Shown here piece after piece: positions 8,227 to 17,262 of a stretch of DNA of 60,713 nucleotides. The translations under genes and the position numbers were made by a program. Origin of the DNA: Patescibacteria group bacterium (GTDB lineage Bacteria; Patescibacteriota; Patescibacteriia; Buchananbacterales; UBA6539); assembly GCA_041649675.1 (NCBI GenBank), contig JBAZMQ010000009.1:1-60713 (forward strand). Reading direction: 5' to 3'. The notes below the pieces were generated by a model, which was given only the letters and a program-made list of their open reading frames with translations, was not told where the DNA came from and ran no database searches. Positions within the stretch are counted from its first letter, which is position 1. Every line of letters starts with the position of its first letter.

Positions 8227-8864
8227 GATTTTTTTATTAACTCTTTTTCATTAGCCAATAAATCGGAAAGGCTGCCGATTTGATAATACTCATTATCTTT
8301 AATCAAACCGGAGTTACTGTTTAAAATATGATAAATTCGATAAGAAAAATCAACATATTTATCCTGAAATGATTTTACCGCTTGCAAAAACATTTGGCAA
8401 TTAGCCAATTTATCGTCAGTATAAACAATTACCCTGTAACCTTGTTGGTATTTCTCAGTTAAATAGTTTGCCACCATTTCTGGAGTTTTTTTGTTCGTTT
8501 CACCAAAATCAAAAGTTGAATTAATTTTTTGAAAATACGGCCGGAAATCAAAACCAGTCTTTGGCAGCAAACATTCTGCACGCCAATCCATTTGTTCTGG
8601 CGTGCCAGTTGTAAAAGTTTCATTATGTTTAGCCCACTCTAGAACTTCTTTAGCGCCCGGTTGCAAATCAAGTTGAAAATACCAACCTTGACTATAGGGT
8701 ATTTTCTGCATTTCTTCATATTCTCTGTCAGAAATCTCAGAAATATTTTTGCCTAACTGAGCCTCTAGCCAGGCATCATAAGTTGGCTGACCAGTTTTTT
8801 TAGCATCCCACTTCTCGTAAAAAATTGTCCCAGCCAGATCCCAAAGGTAAAGTGTTTTTATCAT
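8223..8864 (-). CDS. HAD-like hydrolase-fold protein (degenerate motif I)
   Basis: LWDLAGTIF resembles HAD motif I with the second Asp replaced by Ala. VIVYTDDKLAN resembles motif IV. ATGA-type 4-nt overlap with the next gene. Confidence 0.3.
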   Translation of the reverse strand: MIKTLYLWDLAGTIFYEKWDAKKTGQPTYDAWLEAQLGKNISEISDREYEEMQKIPYSQGWYFQLDLQPGAKEVLEWAKHNETFTTGTPEQMDWRAECLLPKTGFDFRPYFQKINSTFDFGETNKKTPEMVANYLTEKYQQGYRVIVYTDDKLANCQMFLQAVKSFQDKYVDFSYRIYHILNSNSGLIKDNEYYQIGSLSDLLANEKELIKKS

Positions 8865-8979
8865 ATCCAGTAGTAGAAATTTAATTAACTAATTATTAAA
8901 ATTATTCACAACGTATTGTTAGATGGTAAATATTAACCCGGGACTGATAAAAATTATCAAATTTTCACTACCGGACATA

Positions 8980-10404
8980 TTATTTTTTCTTTAAAATAAT
9001 TACCAAACCGTGATTGGCTTTAACCTCCACTAAATCACCATCTTTTAAAACTTTAGTAGCAACTTTAGTACCGATGATACAAGGAATTCCTAACTCCCGA
9101 GAAATTATTGCGGCATGACAAGTTATTCCACCTTCATCAGTAATGATGGCCGAAACCAATCTCAGCGCTGGCATATATTCTGGTCTGGTCATTGAAGCAA
9201 CAATTATATCTCCTGACTTAATTTTTTTAAGGGATCGCAATGTCGTACAAATTTTAACATGACCAACTACCGTACCAACCGAGGCAGTCATACCGGTAAT
9301 TTCCTTAACTTCAGCTATCTTTTTTTGGTAAAACTTTTTAGTAAACTCCTGAGCCGGCTTACCAGTTAAGACTATTGGGTTTTTCTGATTATAAATATAA
9401 ACACATCTTTTACTCCGGCGTACTAATTGTTTTCTAAAATCTTTAGATTTAAAATTTGCTAATGTTAATTCATAAGGAATCGAAAATCTTAAGTAATTAA
9501 TATCAATTTTAAATCTTTTGGCAACTACTGCCAATAATCTGTCTAAATAATCAATTGCCAGTAAAGCATTTTCTTTTCTTTCATCTTGAAAACTGGTTAA
9601 AAACTCAGTAATTTTGACTAACTCGACTAAAGAGCTAGGCAGCTTTAGCTCTTTGATTAATTGGCGTTTCTGCTGAATAATCTCATTAAAATTGGTTCTT
9701 TTTAAATTTATTAATGATCTAGATTCTCTAAGAATTTCACCAATTGTAAGATTATATTTTCCAGCATAGCTATTTCTAACCCAAAAATACTTTTTTAAAA
9801 GATTTTTGGCCAAGGTTATTTTTTTAGCCTTATTTTTTTCTAAAGCGATAATTTTTAAATTGTCTTCATAACTTTTAACAAATGACACTTTAATTGGTGA
9901 CATTAAAAGTGAAAATTTTTGATTCAGTTCCTTTGGGCTATTTAAGTACTTGGACAATTCTTGCTTGATCTTGACATCAGTAGTCAAAACAAAAGGCTCA
10001 ATTACGTGCGCAACACCAACCGCAAAAGCTTCTCTTTTTGAACCTTCATTAATTAATCCAATTAAATCATTGTTAGATATTTTGGCTAAATTTATTTGAT
10101 CAATCTTTCTAAAAAATACTTTCGATTCGGCCATTTGGCATAAATAAATTTTTCTAATTTTCACAAAAAAATTCTTATCCTTTTTCAGCTTGGTTATAAT
10201 TTTTTGACCTAAAATATCAAGATCGTTTACATAATAATGATAATCACCGTAATTATTTTTATAAAGCAACAAAAAATAACTATATGTAAAACCCAATTCT
10301 TTTTCCATTACCTTGCAGCTTTCTGCTGCCGACACAAGATGAACAAGAGTTGAGTTAAAGCCTTGACTGTACCATTTTGCTTTTAATGCTTGATTTAAAT
10401 CCAT
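8980..10404 (-). CDS. PEP-utiliser swivel (phosphohistidine) domain protein with a variable helical N-terminal domain, paralog 1
   Basis: C-terminus is IITDEGGITCHAAIISRELGIPCIIGTKVATKVLKDGDLVEV. No ATP-grasp or PEP-binding TIM-barrel part. Confidence 0.8.
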   Translation of the reverse strand: MDLNQALKAKWYSQGFNSTLVHLVSAAESCKVMEKELGFTYSYFLLLYKNNYGDYHYYVNDLDILGQKIITKLKKDKNFFVKIRKIYLCQMAESKVFFRKIDQINLAKISNNDLIGLINEGSKREAFAVGVAHVIEPFVLTTDVKIKQELSKYLNSPKELNQKFSLLMSPIKVSFVKSYEDNLKIIALEKNKAKKITLAKNLLKKYFWVRNSYAGKYNLTIGEILRESRSLINLKRTNFNEIIQQKRQLIKELKLPSSLVELVKITEFLTSFQDERKENALLAIDYLDRLLAVVAKRFKIDINYLRFSIPYELTLANFKSKDFRKQLVRRSKRCVYIYNQKNPIVLTGKPAQEFTKKFYQKKIAEVKEITGMTASVGTVVGHVKICTTLRSLKKIKSGDIIVASMTRPEYMPALRLVSAIITDEGGITCHAAIISRELGIPCIIGTKVATKVLKDGDLVEVKANHGLVIILKKK

Positions 10405-10405
10405 A

Positions 10406-11494
10406 TTATTTTCTTTTTAAAATCGTTACCACCCCATGATTAGCATCAACTTCAACCAAGTCACCATCTTTTAAAACCCGAGTCGCAATTTTTGTCCCAA
10501 CAATGCTTGGAATCTTTAATTCTCTGGCAACAATCGCAGCATGGCTAGTCACGCCACCTTCATCAGTAATGATGGCCAAAACTTTGTTCAGAAATGGTAC
10601 GTAACTAATCGTAGTCATTGGCGTAACTAATACCATACCCTTTTTAATATTCCTTAAATCAGTAACCGAATAGGCCACTTTGACAAGTCCAACCACCCGC
10701 CCGGCATAAGCGGCTTGGCCAAAAATAACATTCGTTTCTTCTTTATAGATTACAAAACTAAGCTTTGCTTGGACTAATTTTGCCGTTTGACCAAAGAAAA
10801 ATTTTATCTGTCGGTTAACCGCTATTAAAATATAAAAATTTTGGCGCCGCTTTAACTCACCAATGCCAACAATTGCTGAATTATTCTGCAATGACTTAGC
10901 TAACTCCTGGTAATTCATACCCAAAATCAACTCTTTAGGTATGCCTAAAATTTGGCCTAAATTTTGCTTAATTTTTTCTAAAGTACTTTTGTCAGTTTTG
11001 GTAAAAAATTTACCGCATTGGTCTTTGGTTTGGGCGAATTTAGAAACTAAATCGACTTTATGTTTTCCCTGGTAAAAATGGTCAAAAAGAGTTGAAAAAC
11101 GATAAACTGAATATAAACTACGATAACTGTTATAGAATAAATCAAGGGCCTTTGCCATTTCTTGAACTGACAGTTTCTTTTTTTCCAACAGCTTGTTGAC
11201 TTTCAAAATTACTTTTTTCGTTTCAACTAGCTGAGTCAAAATTATTTGGTTAACTTTTAAAAAATAACTTTTATTTTTTTTATTACAAAATTGGTTAATT
11301 TTTTTTTGATCACTAAGCGAACCATAAACAGTCAAAATATTTTTTTTAGAAATCAAAAGCTGATCGCGATAGCCCCAACCGATTCTTCTTGGCATGTCTT
11401 TAATATAACCATCAAAAGCCAGGCTGGCAATAAAATAACTAAAGCCTTCACGAGTGAAAATCGGATCCCAGGTAGTTTTTTTAATATTTACCAT
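10406..11494 (-). CDS. PEP-utiliser swivel domain protein, paralog 2
   Basis: C-terminus is IITDEGGVTSHAAIVARELKIPSIVGTKIATRVLKDGDLVEV. 1-nt gap to paralog 1. Confidence 0.8.
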   Translation of the reverse strand: MVNIKKTTWDPIFTREGFSYFIASLAFDGYIKDMPRRIGWGYRDQLLISKKNILTVYGSLSDQKKINQFCNKKNKSYFLKVNQIILTQLVETKKVILKVNKLLEKKKLSVQEMAKALDLFYNSYRSLYSVYRFSTLFDHFYQGKHKVDLVSKFAQTKDQCGKFFTKTDKSTLEKIKQNLGQILGIPKELILGMNYQELAKSLQNNSAIVGIGELKRRQNFYILIAVNRQIKFFFGQTAKLVQAKLSFVIYKEETNVIFGQAAYAGRVVGLVKVAYSVTDLRNIKKGMVLVTPMTTISYVPFLNKVLAIITDEGGVTSHAAIVARELKIPSIVGTKIATRVLKDGDLVEVDANHGVVTILKRK

Positions 11495-11498
11495 AAAT

Positions 11499-12962
11499 TC
11501 ATAACCAATTAATTAAATCTTGCGCCAAGATATCGGTAGTCACCTGGTATTTAATTTTTTCATCGTCTGGAATATATTTTTGCGCGATATAGTCATAAGT
11601 CCCGGTAACTGATACGGCCAACAAATCACTAAATTTCATTTCAAAAGCTTGTTTCAAGTATTGAGCCGACATTCCGCCATTATAAATAATGTCATAAGCA
11701 TACAAAGTCTTTATCTGATTGGTGATTCTTTCAAAAAACAAAGCCAGTCCGGAAACCATATAATCAATTTCATAAGATTTGATATTGTCAATTTCTGCTT
11801 TGAATTCCGTTTGCTCTAACGTTTTAAGCCACTGATCTCTTATCAAATTTAAATAGACAATTGAACCTTGCCCGACTAGCGGCTTAATGCCAAAGTAAAA
11901 ATTTAATACGGCAAAAATCATAAATAAACTGGGAAAAATTTCTCTTTTCTCAAGCAAATTTCTTATTTCGTTTAGATCAAAATTTACGCTCAAATTTTTA
12001 AACTCCTCATCACCCGGAACAAGCTTGTCAGCGCTGACATACATTCTTAGCAGCTTATTTTCTGTTGGGTGCTTGCGCCAAAAAAAGTGAGTTCCTTTGT
12101 TTTCTTTTTCGTTCCACGTCACGACTATGCCCCGAAAATCAGCTAAAATCTTTTCTCGATATTGCCGGTTGAACAAAATTTCAGTAACAAAATTTTTCTC
12201 CGCCAAAATTTTTAATAAGCAATTAGTTGTCAATTCTTCTTGGGTGATATATAAAAGCTCCGGTAAATTTTTTCTGATTTCAGAAGCAAATAAACGAGGC
12301 CAGGAATCATTAACAATCAACGTAATTTGGTCATTATAATTATTACAATTGGAAAAATCCAAAGATTTAATCCGCTCATATTCTCCGACCAAAAATTGTT
12401 GTTCCTTGTCATTAAGCTCACTCCAGCGTTTTGATTTTTTTATTCGCCCGACAAAGTCAAAATCCCGTTTAGGAATCAAGCAGGAATTTAGCTCCGTTTC
12501 GCTATTGGAAAAAATTGGCACTTTCTTACCATGGAGCTGAAAGCCATTTTTGCTAAAATAGTTATTCGGCGGAACGTCGCCGCTGGAAATGACGATGATC
12601 GCCGGTGGCTTCTGGTCTTGAAAAAATTTGCCAATGTTGGCAATCACGTTGTCAGAAATCAACAACGGATGATTTAAAACCTGATGATGGTCAACAATAT
12701 TATTCGCCAGCTGCTGGTCAAAATTAATATTTAATTTTTTCTGACAGTCTTTTCCGAACAATGTTTTAAACTTATTCAACATTTCCTTTTTAACAATTTC
12801 CTGCCTTTTGGCGTAAACCGGATTATGCTTGAATTTATAAATGCCATCAGAGTATTGCCTCAAGGTCAAATTAATTTCAAAAAATCGTTTAAAAATTGGC
12901 GAATATTTCTTGATTTGTGCAATCATTAAATCTTTTTCTTTTTCAATTTGTTGCTTGTTCAT
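11499..12962 (-). CDS. Hypothetical protein embedded in the swivel-domain array (no swivel domain)
   Basis: 487-aa intact ORF, tightly packed (3-4 nt gaps on both sides). No motif recognised. Confidence 0.5.
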   Translation of the reverse strand: MNKQQIEKEKDLMIAQIKKYSPIFKRFFEINLTLRQYSDGIYKFKHNPVYAKRQEIVKKEMLNKFKTLFGKDCQKKLNINFDQQLANNIVDHHQVLNHPLLISDNVIANIGKFFQDQKPPAIIVISSGDVPPNNYFSKNGFQLHGKKVPIFSNSETELNSCLIPKRDFDFVGRIKKSKRWSELNDKEQQFLVGEYERIKSLDFSNCNNYNDQITLIVNDSWPRLFASEIRKNLPELLYITQEELTTNCLLKILAEKNFVTEILFNRQYREKILADFRGIVVTWNEKENKGTHFFWRKHPTENKLLRMYVSADKLVPGDEEFKNLSVNFDLNEIRNLLEKREIFPSLFMIFAVLNFYFGIKPLVGQGSIVYLNLIRDQWLKTLEQTEFKAEIDNIKSYEIDYMVSGLALFFERITNQIKTLYAYDIIYNGGMSAQYLKQAFEMKFSDLLAVSVTGTYDYIAQKYIPDDEKIKYQVTTDILAQDLINWL

Positions 12963-12965
12963 AAA

Positions 12966-14339
12966 TTATCTTAATTTTATTATTATTCCCTTATTAGCAT
13001 CAACCTCAATCAAATCACCATCTTTTAAGACTTTGGTAGCAATTTTAGTACCCACGACACAAGGAATTCCCAGCTCCCGGCTGACAATGGCAGCATGACA
13101 AGTTATTCCGCCTTCATCGGTAACTATTGCTTTGCAGATTCTCATCTTTGGCAAATAGTCTGGATGAGTCGTAATTGCCACCATGATATCACCTTTTTTG
13201 GTTTTAATGATATCGCGGTCAAACTTAACTATTCTCACTCTCCCTTTAGCCTGACCGACACAAGCTGTTATTCCTTTAATTTCTCGGGATACTTTTCTGC
13301 TTTCCTTAATTAAATTTAAATAATATCTTGCTTTTCTACCAGTCAAAAAGGCTAGCCTCCCTTCTTGCAAAATTAAAATACCTTGCTGCTTACGTCTCTG
13401 GATTTCTTCTTTAGAGATTGGCTTGCCTTGAAGAAATTCAATAATCTCTGGCGTAGAAAATAAAATCAAGTCCTGATATTTGATCTTTAAACGTCGGCTG
13501 ATTTTCTCAAATATAAAATGAAATATATAAACGCCTTTGCGCCTAATCTCGTCGCGATAATCCCTCAAATAAACCAACTCCTGATTAATCTTGATAGACT
13601 TTGTCTGTTGATTATTAATCTTTAAATCATTTTTTAATTTTAGAAAAGATATTTTTTCTGAATCAACCGGCTTAAATTGTTTAACATAATTTCTAAAATC
13701 GTTTTTGGTCCAAGGTTTTGCATTCAAATCATTATAAGGCAACCACTGATACTTACGATAAAGCCGATCAATCGGAATAGCTTGTCCTCTTTTTTTGTAT
13801 TTAACAATTTCTTGCTCAAAAATAAAAATTGATGCTTTTTTTACTGGCTGATTAACTGTAGATAAATAATCATTAATTTTTTCCAACCCAGACAAAGATG
13901 CCGCTTGCTTTGCGATAAAATTATTGACAATCTCTGCTTGGTGCTCACCTAAAACAAAAGCCCAATAAACATATTTAGCAAAAACTAACCATGGCTTATA
14001 ATAATCCTGTAAAATTTTAACTAATTGTTGATTACTTGAAGCGGAAAAATCAAGATTCCTATATTTCTTTGCCGTCTGGAGATAATTTTGGCAGGAATTA
14101 TTAAATTCTTTTTTAAAAACTCTAAATTTTTTTTGGTCTGCCAAGTATTTTCTGGCTAATGACCAATAAAGTCGTTCCTTTATCTTTTCTTCAGTTACAG
14201 CAACAGAAAGTCCCTGATAAAAAGTAAAAAAAGCAAATGGTAAATTAAATCCTGCAGCCTGAGAGACTAAAATTTGTAGCAAAGTTTCATTATAATGAAC
14301 GGAATAATCCCGCGACCAAAGTTTTGCATACCTCTTCAT
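12966..14339 (-). CDS. PEP-utiliser swivel domain protein, paralog 3
   Basis: C-terminus is IVTDEGGITCHAAIVSRELGIPCVVGTKIATKVLKDGDLIEV. ATGA overlap with paralog 4. Confidence 0.8.
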   Translation of the reverse strand: MKRYAKLWSRDYSVHYNETLLQILVSQAAGFNLPFAFFTFYQGLSVAVTEEKIKERLYWSLARKYLADQKKFRVFKKEFNNSCQNYLQTAKKYRNLDFSASSNQQLVKILQDYYKPWLVFAKYVYWAFVLGEHQAEIVNNFIAKQAASLSGLEKINDYLSTVNQPVKKASIFIFEQEIVKYKKRGQAIPIDRLYRKYQWLPYNDLNAKPWTKNDFRNYVKQFKPVDSEKISFLKLKNDLKINNQQTKSIKINQELVYLRDYRDEIRRKGVYIFHFIFEKISRRLKIKYQDLILFSTPEIIEFLQGKPISKEEIQRRKQQGILILQEGRLAFLTGRKARYYLNLIKESRKVSREIKGITACVGQAKGRVRIVKFDRDIIKTKKGDIMVAITTHPDYLPKMRICKAIVTDEGGITCHAAIVSRELGIPCVVGTKIATKVLKDGDLIEVDANKGIIIKLR

Positions 14340-15793
14340 ATTTTTCTTACTACTCCTTTGTTGGCATCAACCTCTACTTTATCCCCGGTTTTAAATACTT
14401 GAGTAGCGACCTTGGTCCCAACTATACCAGGAATTCCCAACTCCCGCGAGACAATCGCGGCATGACAAGTTACCCCGCCGTCATCGGTCACAATGGCCCC
14501 GGCCCGCTGCATAGCAGGCAAAAAATCAACTGCCGTCATGGTCGTTATCAAAATTTCGCCTTTTTTTAAAAATTTAACCGCTGCTTTGGCACTTTTGGTC
14601 ACAAACGCTAAGCCTTTTACTTTTCCTAGCGAAGCAATTTCACCAGTGACTTGGGAAGAATGTTTTGATTTTAATGTCTCCAAAACCAACTTGGTTAAAA
14701 CTTTATTTGCCTTGGGTCCAATATATTTTTCAACCTTCCCATTTTTACTGACCCAGGTAATCCCCTTTTTTCTTTTTTGAATTAAAGTTAAATCCAGCTT
14801 CTGTCTTTTCAAACACAAATTTTTTATCTCGGCGTCAAAATAATACAAGAGATTGTTATAATTGACATCAAATCTTTTAGCTATCTCTTTGAGGGCAGAA
14901 AAAATAATTTGATTACATCTCATTTGGCTTTCTTTTCGCCGATCATGCAAAATAACAAAAGTATCTAAAAGATTAAAATAAGGTTTCAGCTCAGCCTGGG
15001 CTAATTTATATTTTTTTAAAATTTGATTCCTCTCGGCTTTAACTTGCCCGGAAAAACCATTGATTTTTTGCAATTTTTTTCGCCGGTCATTGATATTTAT
15101 TTTTTTTAATTTGGCTAAATCTTTTTTTACTTGATCAGAAGTCAACTCATTGCTGCCATCCCAGCTCATGGCAATCCAAGCAAAATTTCTGACTAATTGG
15201 TGCAAAGCCAGCAATGTATAACTTTTGGTCATAGAGATTTCTAAAACTCTTTTTTGATATTTTAAACTTTCGGTCGTTTGGGCTGGGATTAAAAGTTTTA
15301 CCAGATCAGTTTGATCAATTTTTTCCCTAGTCATCTTTCTTAATTTCTCGCTAAAAATCTGGTTAAAAAAATCATCAAATAAATCCACGCCGTATTCATT
15401 AAAAACAACATTATTCAAAAAAATATTTTTAGTTTGGCTAAACAATTTATACAATTCTTGATCTGATATGGTTTTTACTTTTATCTGTTTTAGCTGAGGC
15501 AAAATATTTTTTGTTTGATTCTCTAAATTATTAAAAAAAATCAAAAAATCGTTAAATTTTCTTTTTGAGACCAGCCAATTACCTATCCACTTTCCCGCCG
15601 TTTTTTCTATAGCATCAGCGTCCCTGGCCCACCAAAGATAACCATTCTTAAAAGCTATAACGTCATAATGATTAGCCAAGTAAGGATACTTTTTGTTTGG
15701 TTTTAATTGGATTAAATTAAGATAAGCCGAAACACTTTGAGGCTGAACTGAGTCCCGCTCATAGACTCGCCAATTAGTTTGTTTTGTAGTCAT
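14336..15793 (-). CDS. PEP-utiliser swivel domain protein, paralog 4
   Basis: C-terminus is IVTDDGGVTCHAAIVSRELGIPGIVGTKVATQVFKTGDKVEV. The ATG at 15793 (MTTKQTNW) is preferred and leaves a 1-nt gap to the upstream stop. Confidence 0.8.
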   Translation of the reverse strand: MTTKQTNWRVYERDSVQPQSVSAYLNLIQLKPNKKYPYLANHYDVIAFKNGYLWWARDADAIEKTAGKWIGNWLVSKRKFNDFLIFFNNLENQTKNILPQLKQIKVKTISDQELYKLFSQTKNIFLNNVVFNEYGVDLFDDFFNQIFSEKLRKMTREKIDQTDLVKLLIPAQTTESLKYQKRVLEISMTKSYTLLALHQLVRNFAWIAMSWDGSNELTSDQVKKDLAKLKKININDRRKKLQKINGFSGQVKAERNQILKKYKLAQAELKPYFNLLDTFVILHDRRKESQMRCNQIIFSALKEIAKRFDVNYNNLLYYFDAEIKNLCLKRQKLDLTLIQKRKKGITWVSKNGKVEKYIGPKANKVLTKLVLETLKSKHSSQVTGEIASLGKVKGLAFVTKSAKAAVKFLKKGEILITTMTAVDFLPAMQRAGAIVTDDGGVTCHAAIVSRELGIPGIVGTKVATQVFKTGDKVEVDANKGVVRKI

Positions 15794-15794
15794 A

Positions 15795-17252
15795 TTATTT
15801 AATTTTTTTAACCCAGCCCTTAATTGTATCAACTTGAACTAAATCACCATCTTTTAAGACTTTAGTAGCAATTTTAGTCCCAACAATGCAAGGAATGCCT
15901 AATTCGCGCGAGACAATAGCCGCATGAGAAGTCATGCCACCTTCGTCGGTCACAATCGCAATGGCTTTTTTAATCACTATAATAAATTCGGGCGCAGTCA
16001 TTGGTGCAACCAGGATTTCACCCTTTTTCATTTTGGAAAAATCAGTGGCTGAAGTTAAAATTCTGGCTCGACCCAAAACGGTCTTACCGCGACTCACGAC
16101 TAAACCTTTAAATTCTTTCAAGCTTTTGTTAATTTTAATCTTGGTAAATTCTAAAATTATTTTTTTGGCCAAAGCGCCAGATATATATTGAAGCTTATTT
16201 TCCTCTTGGCTATAATGAGCTATTAGATAACGACGCCGCTTGGCTATTTCCGCGGGTGTTAATTTTTTATTTTTTTCCGCTAAACTCAAAATTTCAAAAT
16301 AATTATAGTAATGCAATGACTCAAAATCAATATCATAACGCCGGCTGAATTCGGTCAAAAACAAATCAATATAATGATTGGCCAAAAAAATATAAAATTT
16401 TCGCAAATCCTGCCACCAAACACAAAAGGCTAAACGGTTGGCAATCTTTAAAATTTCATTATTTAATCTATAATTTTTAGCCAGGGCTTCTTTTTCTTGC
16501 TTTACTTTTACCGAATGAAATTCAAGCTCATTTACTTTTTTTCTCAACTCATTTTTATTGTATTTTAATAATTCCTGCTCAAAATATTTAACACTTAAAA
16601 CTTGGGTATGGTGATAACTGTTCAAAATCCAAAAATATTTTTTTTGGTACTCATTAATTTTTTGATCAAATACTTTTTTGTTATTAATTAATTTCTTTAA
16701 TCTAATTAAATCCAGATCGGCTTTTTGATAAAATGACAACCGCTGAGGCGCTGACAATCTTTCAAAAACTTTAATGAAATCGCTTGACGGTACTATTTTT
16801 CCCAACTTATCTTTTAAAATTATTTCCCCGCCATAATTGGCAACTTCAGGCAATAAACCAATAGTCCAAAAATCCAAATAACCATCCGACCATTTCTTAA
16901 ACACTGAATACAACTCTTGATTGCTAAGTTTTTTTAAACGATTGGCTGATATCGCCTTTTGATATTTTAACCAATTACCCAAAATATTTTGCCAACGCTG
17001 ATAATTAGTTTTAAATTTTTTATCATTAAGAACCGACTGCTCAAAATTTTTGCTGCCATTGTCAACCAAGGCTTGATTGTCAGTAATTGCTGTCATTTTT
17101 TCTTCAGTCATCAACCATAAAACATCAGGCCAGCTGACAAATTCCTTGGAAAACTTAGTAAAAGCAACATTAAAAAAATCCGGGTAAATTAATTTACCAT
17201 CAATCGGACCCCAACGAAATAATTCTTTTTTGGGGTCAATGTCTATTTTCAT
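15795..17252 (-). CDS. PEP-utiliser swivel domain protein, paralog 5
   Basis: C-terminus is IVTDEGGMTSHAAIVSRELGIPCIVGTKIATKVLKDGDLVQV. Confidence 0.8.
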   Translation of the reverse strand: MKIDIDPKKELFRWGPIDGKLIYPDFFNVAFTKFSKEFVSWPDVLWLMTEEKMTAITDNQALVDNGSKNFEQSVLNDKKFKTNYQRWQNILGNWLKYQKAISANRLKKLSNQELYSVFKKWSDGYLDFWTIGLLPEVANYGGEIILKDKLGKIVPSSDFIKVFERLSAPQRLSFYQKADLDLIRLKKLINNKKVFDQKINEYQKKYFWILNSYHHTQVLSVKYFEQELLKYNKNELRKKVNELEFHSVKVKQEKEALAKNYRLNNEILKIANRLAFCVWWQDLRKFYIFLANHYIDLFLTEFSRRYDIDFESLHYYNYFEILSLAEKNKKLTPAEIAKRRRYLIAHYSQEENKLQYISGALAKKIILEFTKIKINKSLKEFKGLVVSRGKTVLGRARILTSATDFSKMKKGEILVAPMTAPEFIIVIKKAIAIVTDEGGMTSHAAIVSRELGIPCIVGTKIATKVLKDGDLVQVDTIKGWVKKIK

Positions 17253-17262
17253 ACAAAAGGTA

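Noticed and set aside
8980-16070. Could the conserved 3' modules of the five swivel genes be DGR template/variable repeats?
   Set aside because: The window has no reverse transcriptase. The differences I can see between copies involve all base types, largely at third codon positions, and are not adenine-specific. The conserved part is the catalytic domain, not a variable ligand-binding tip.
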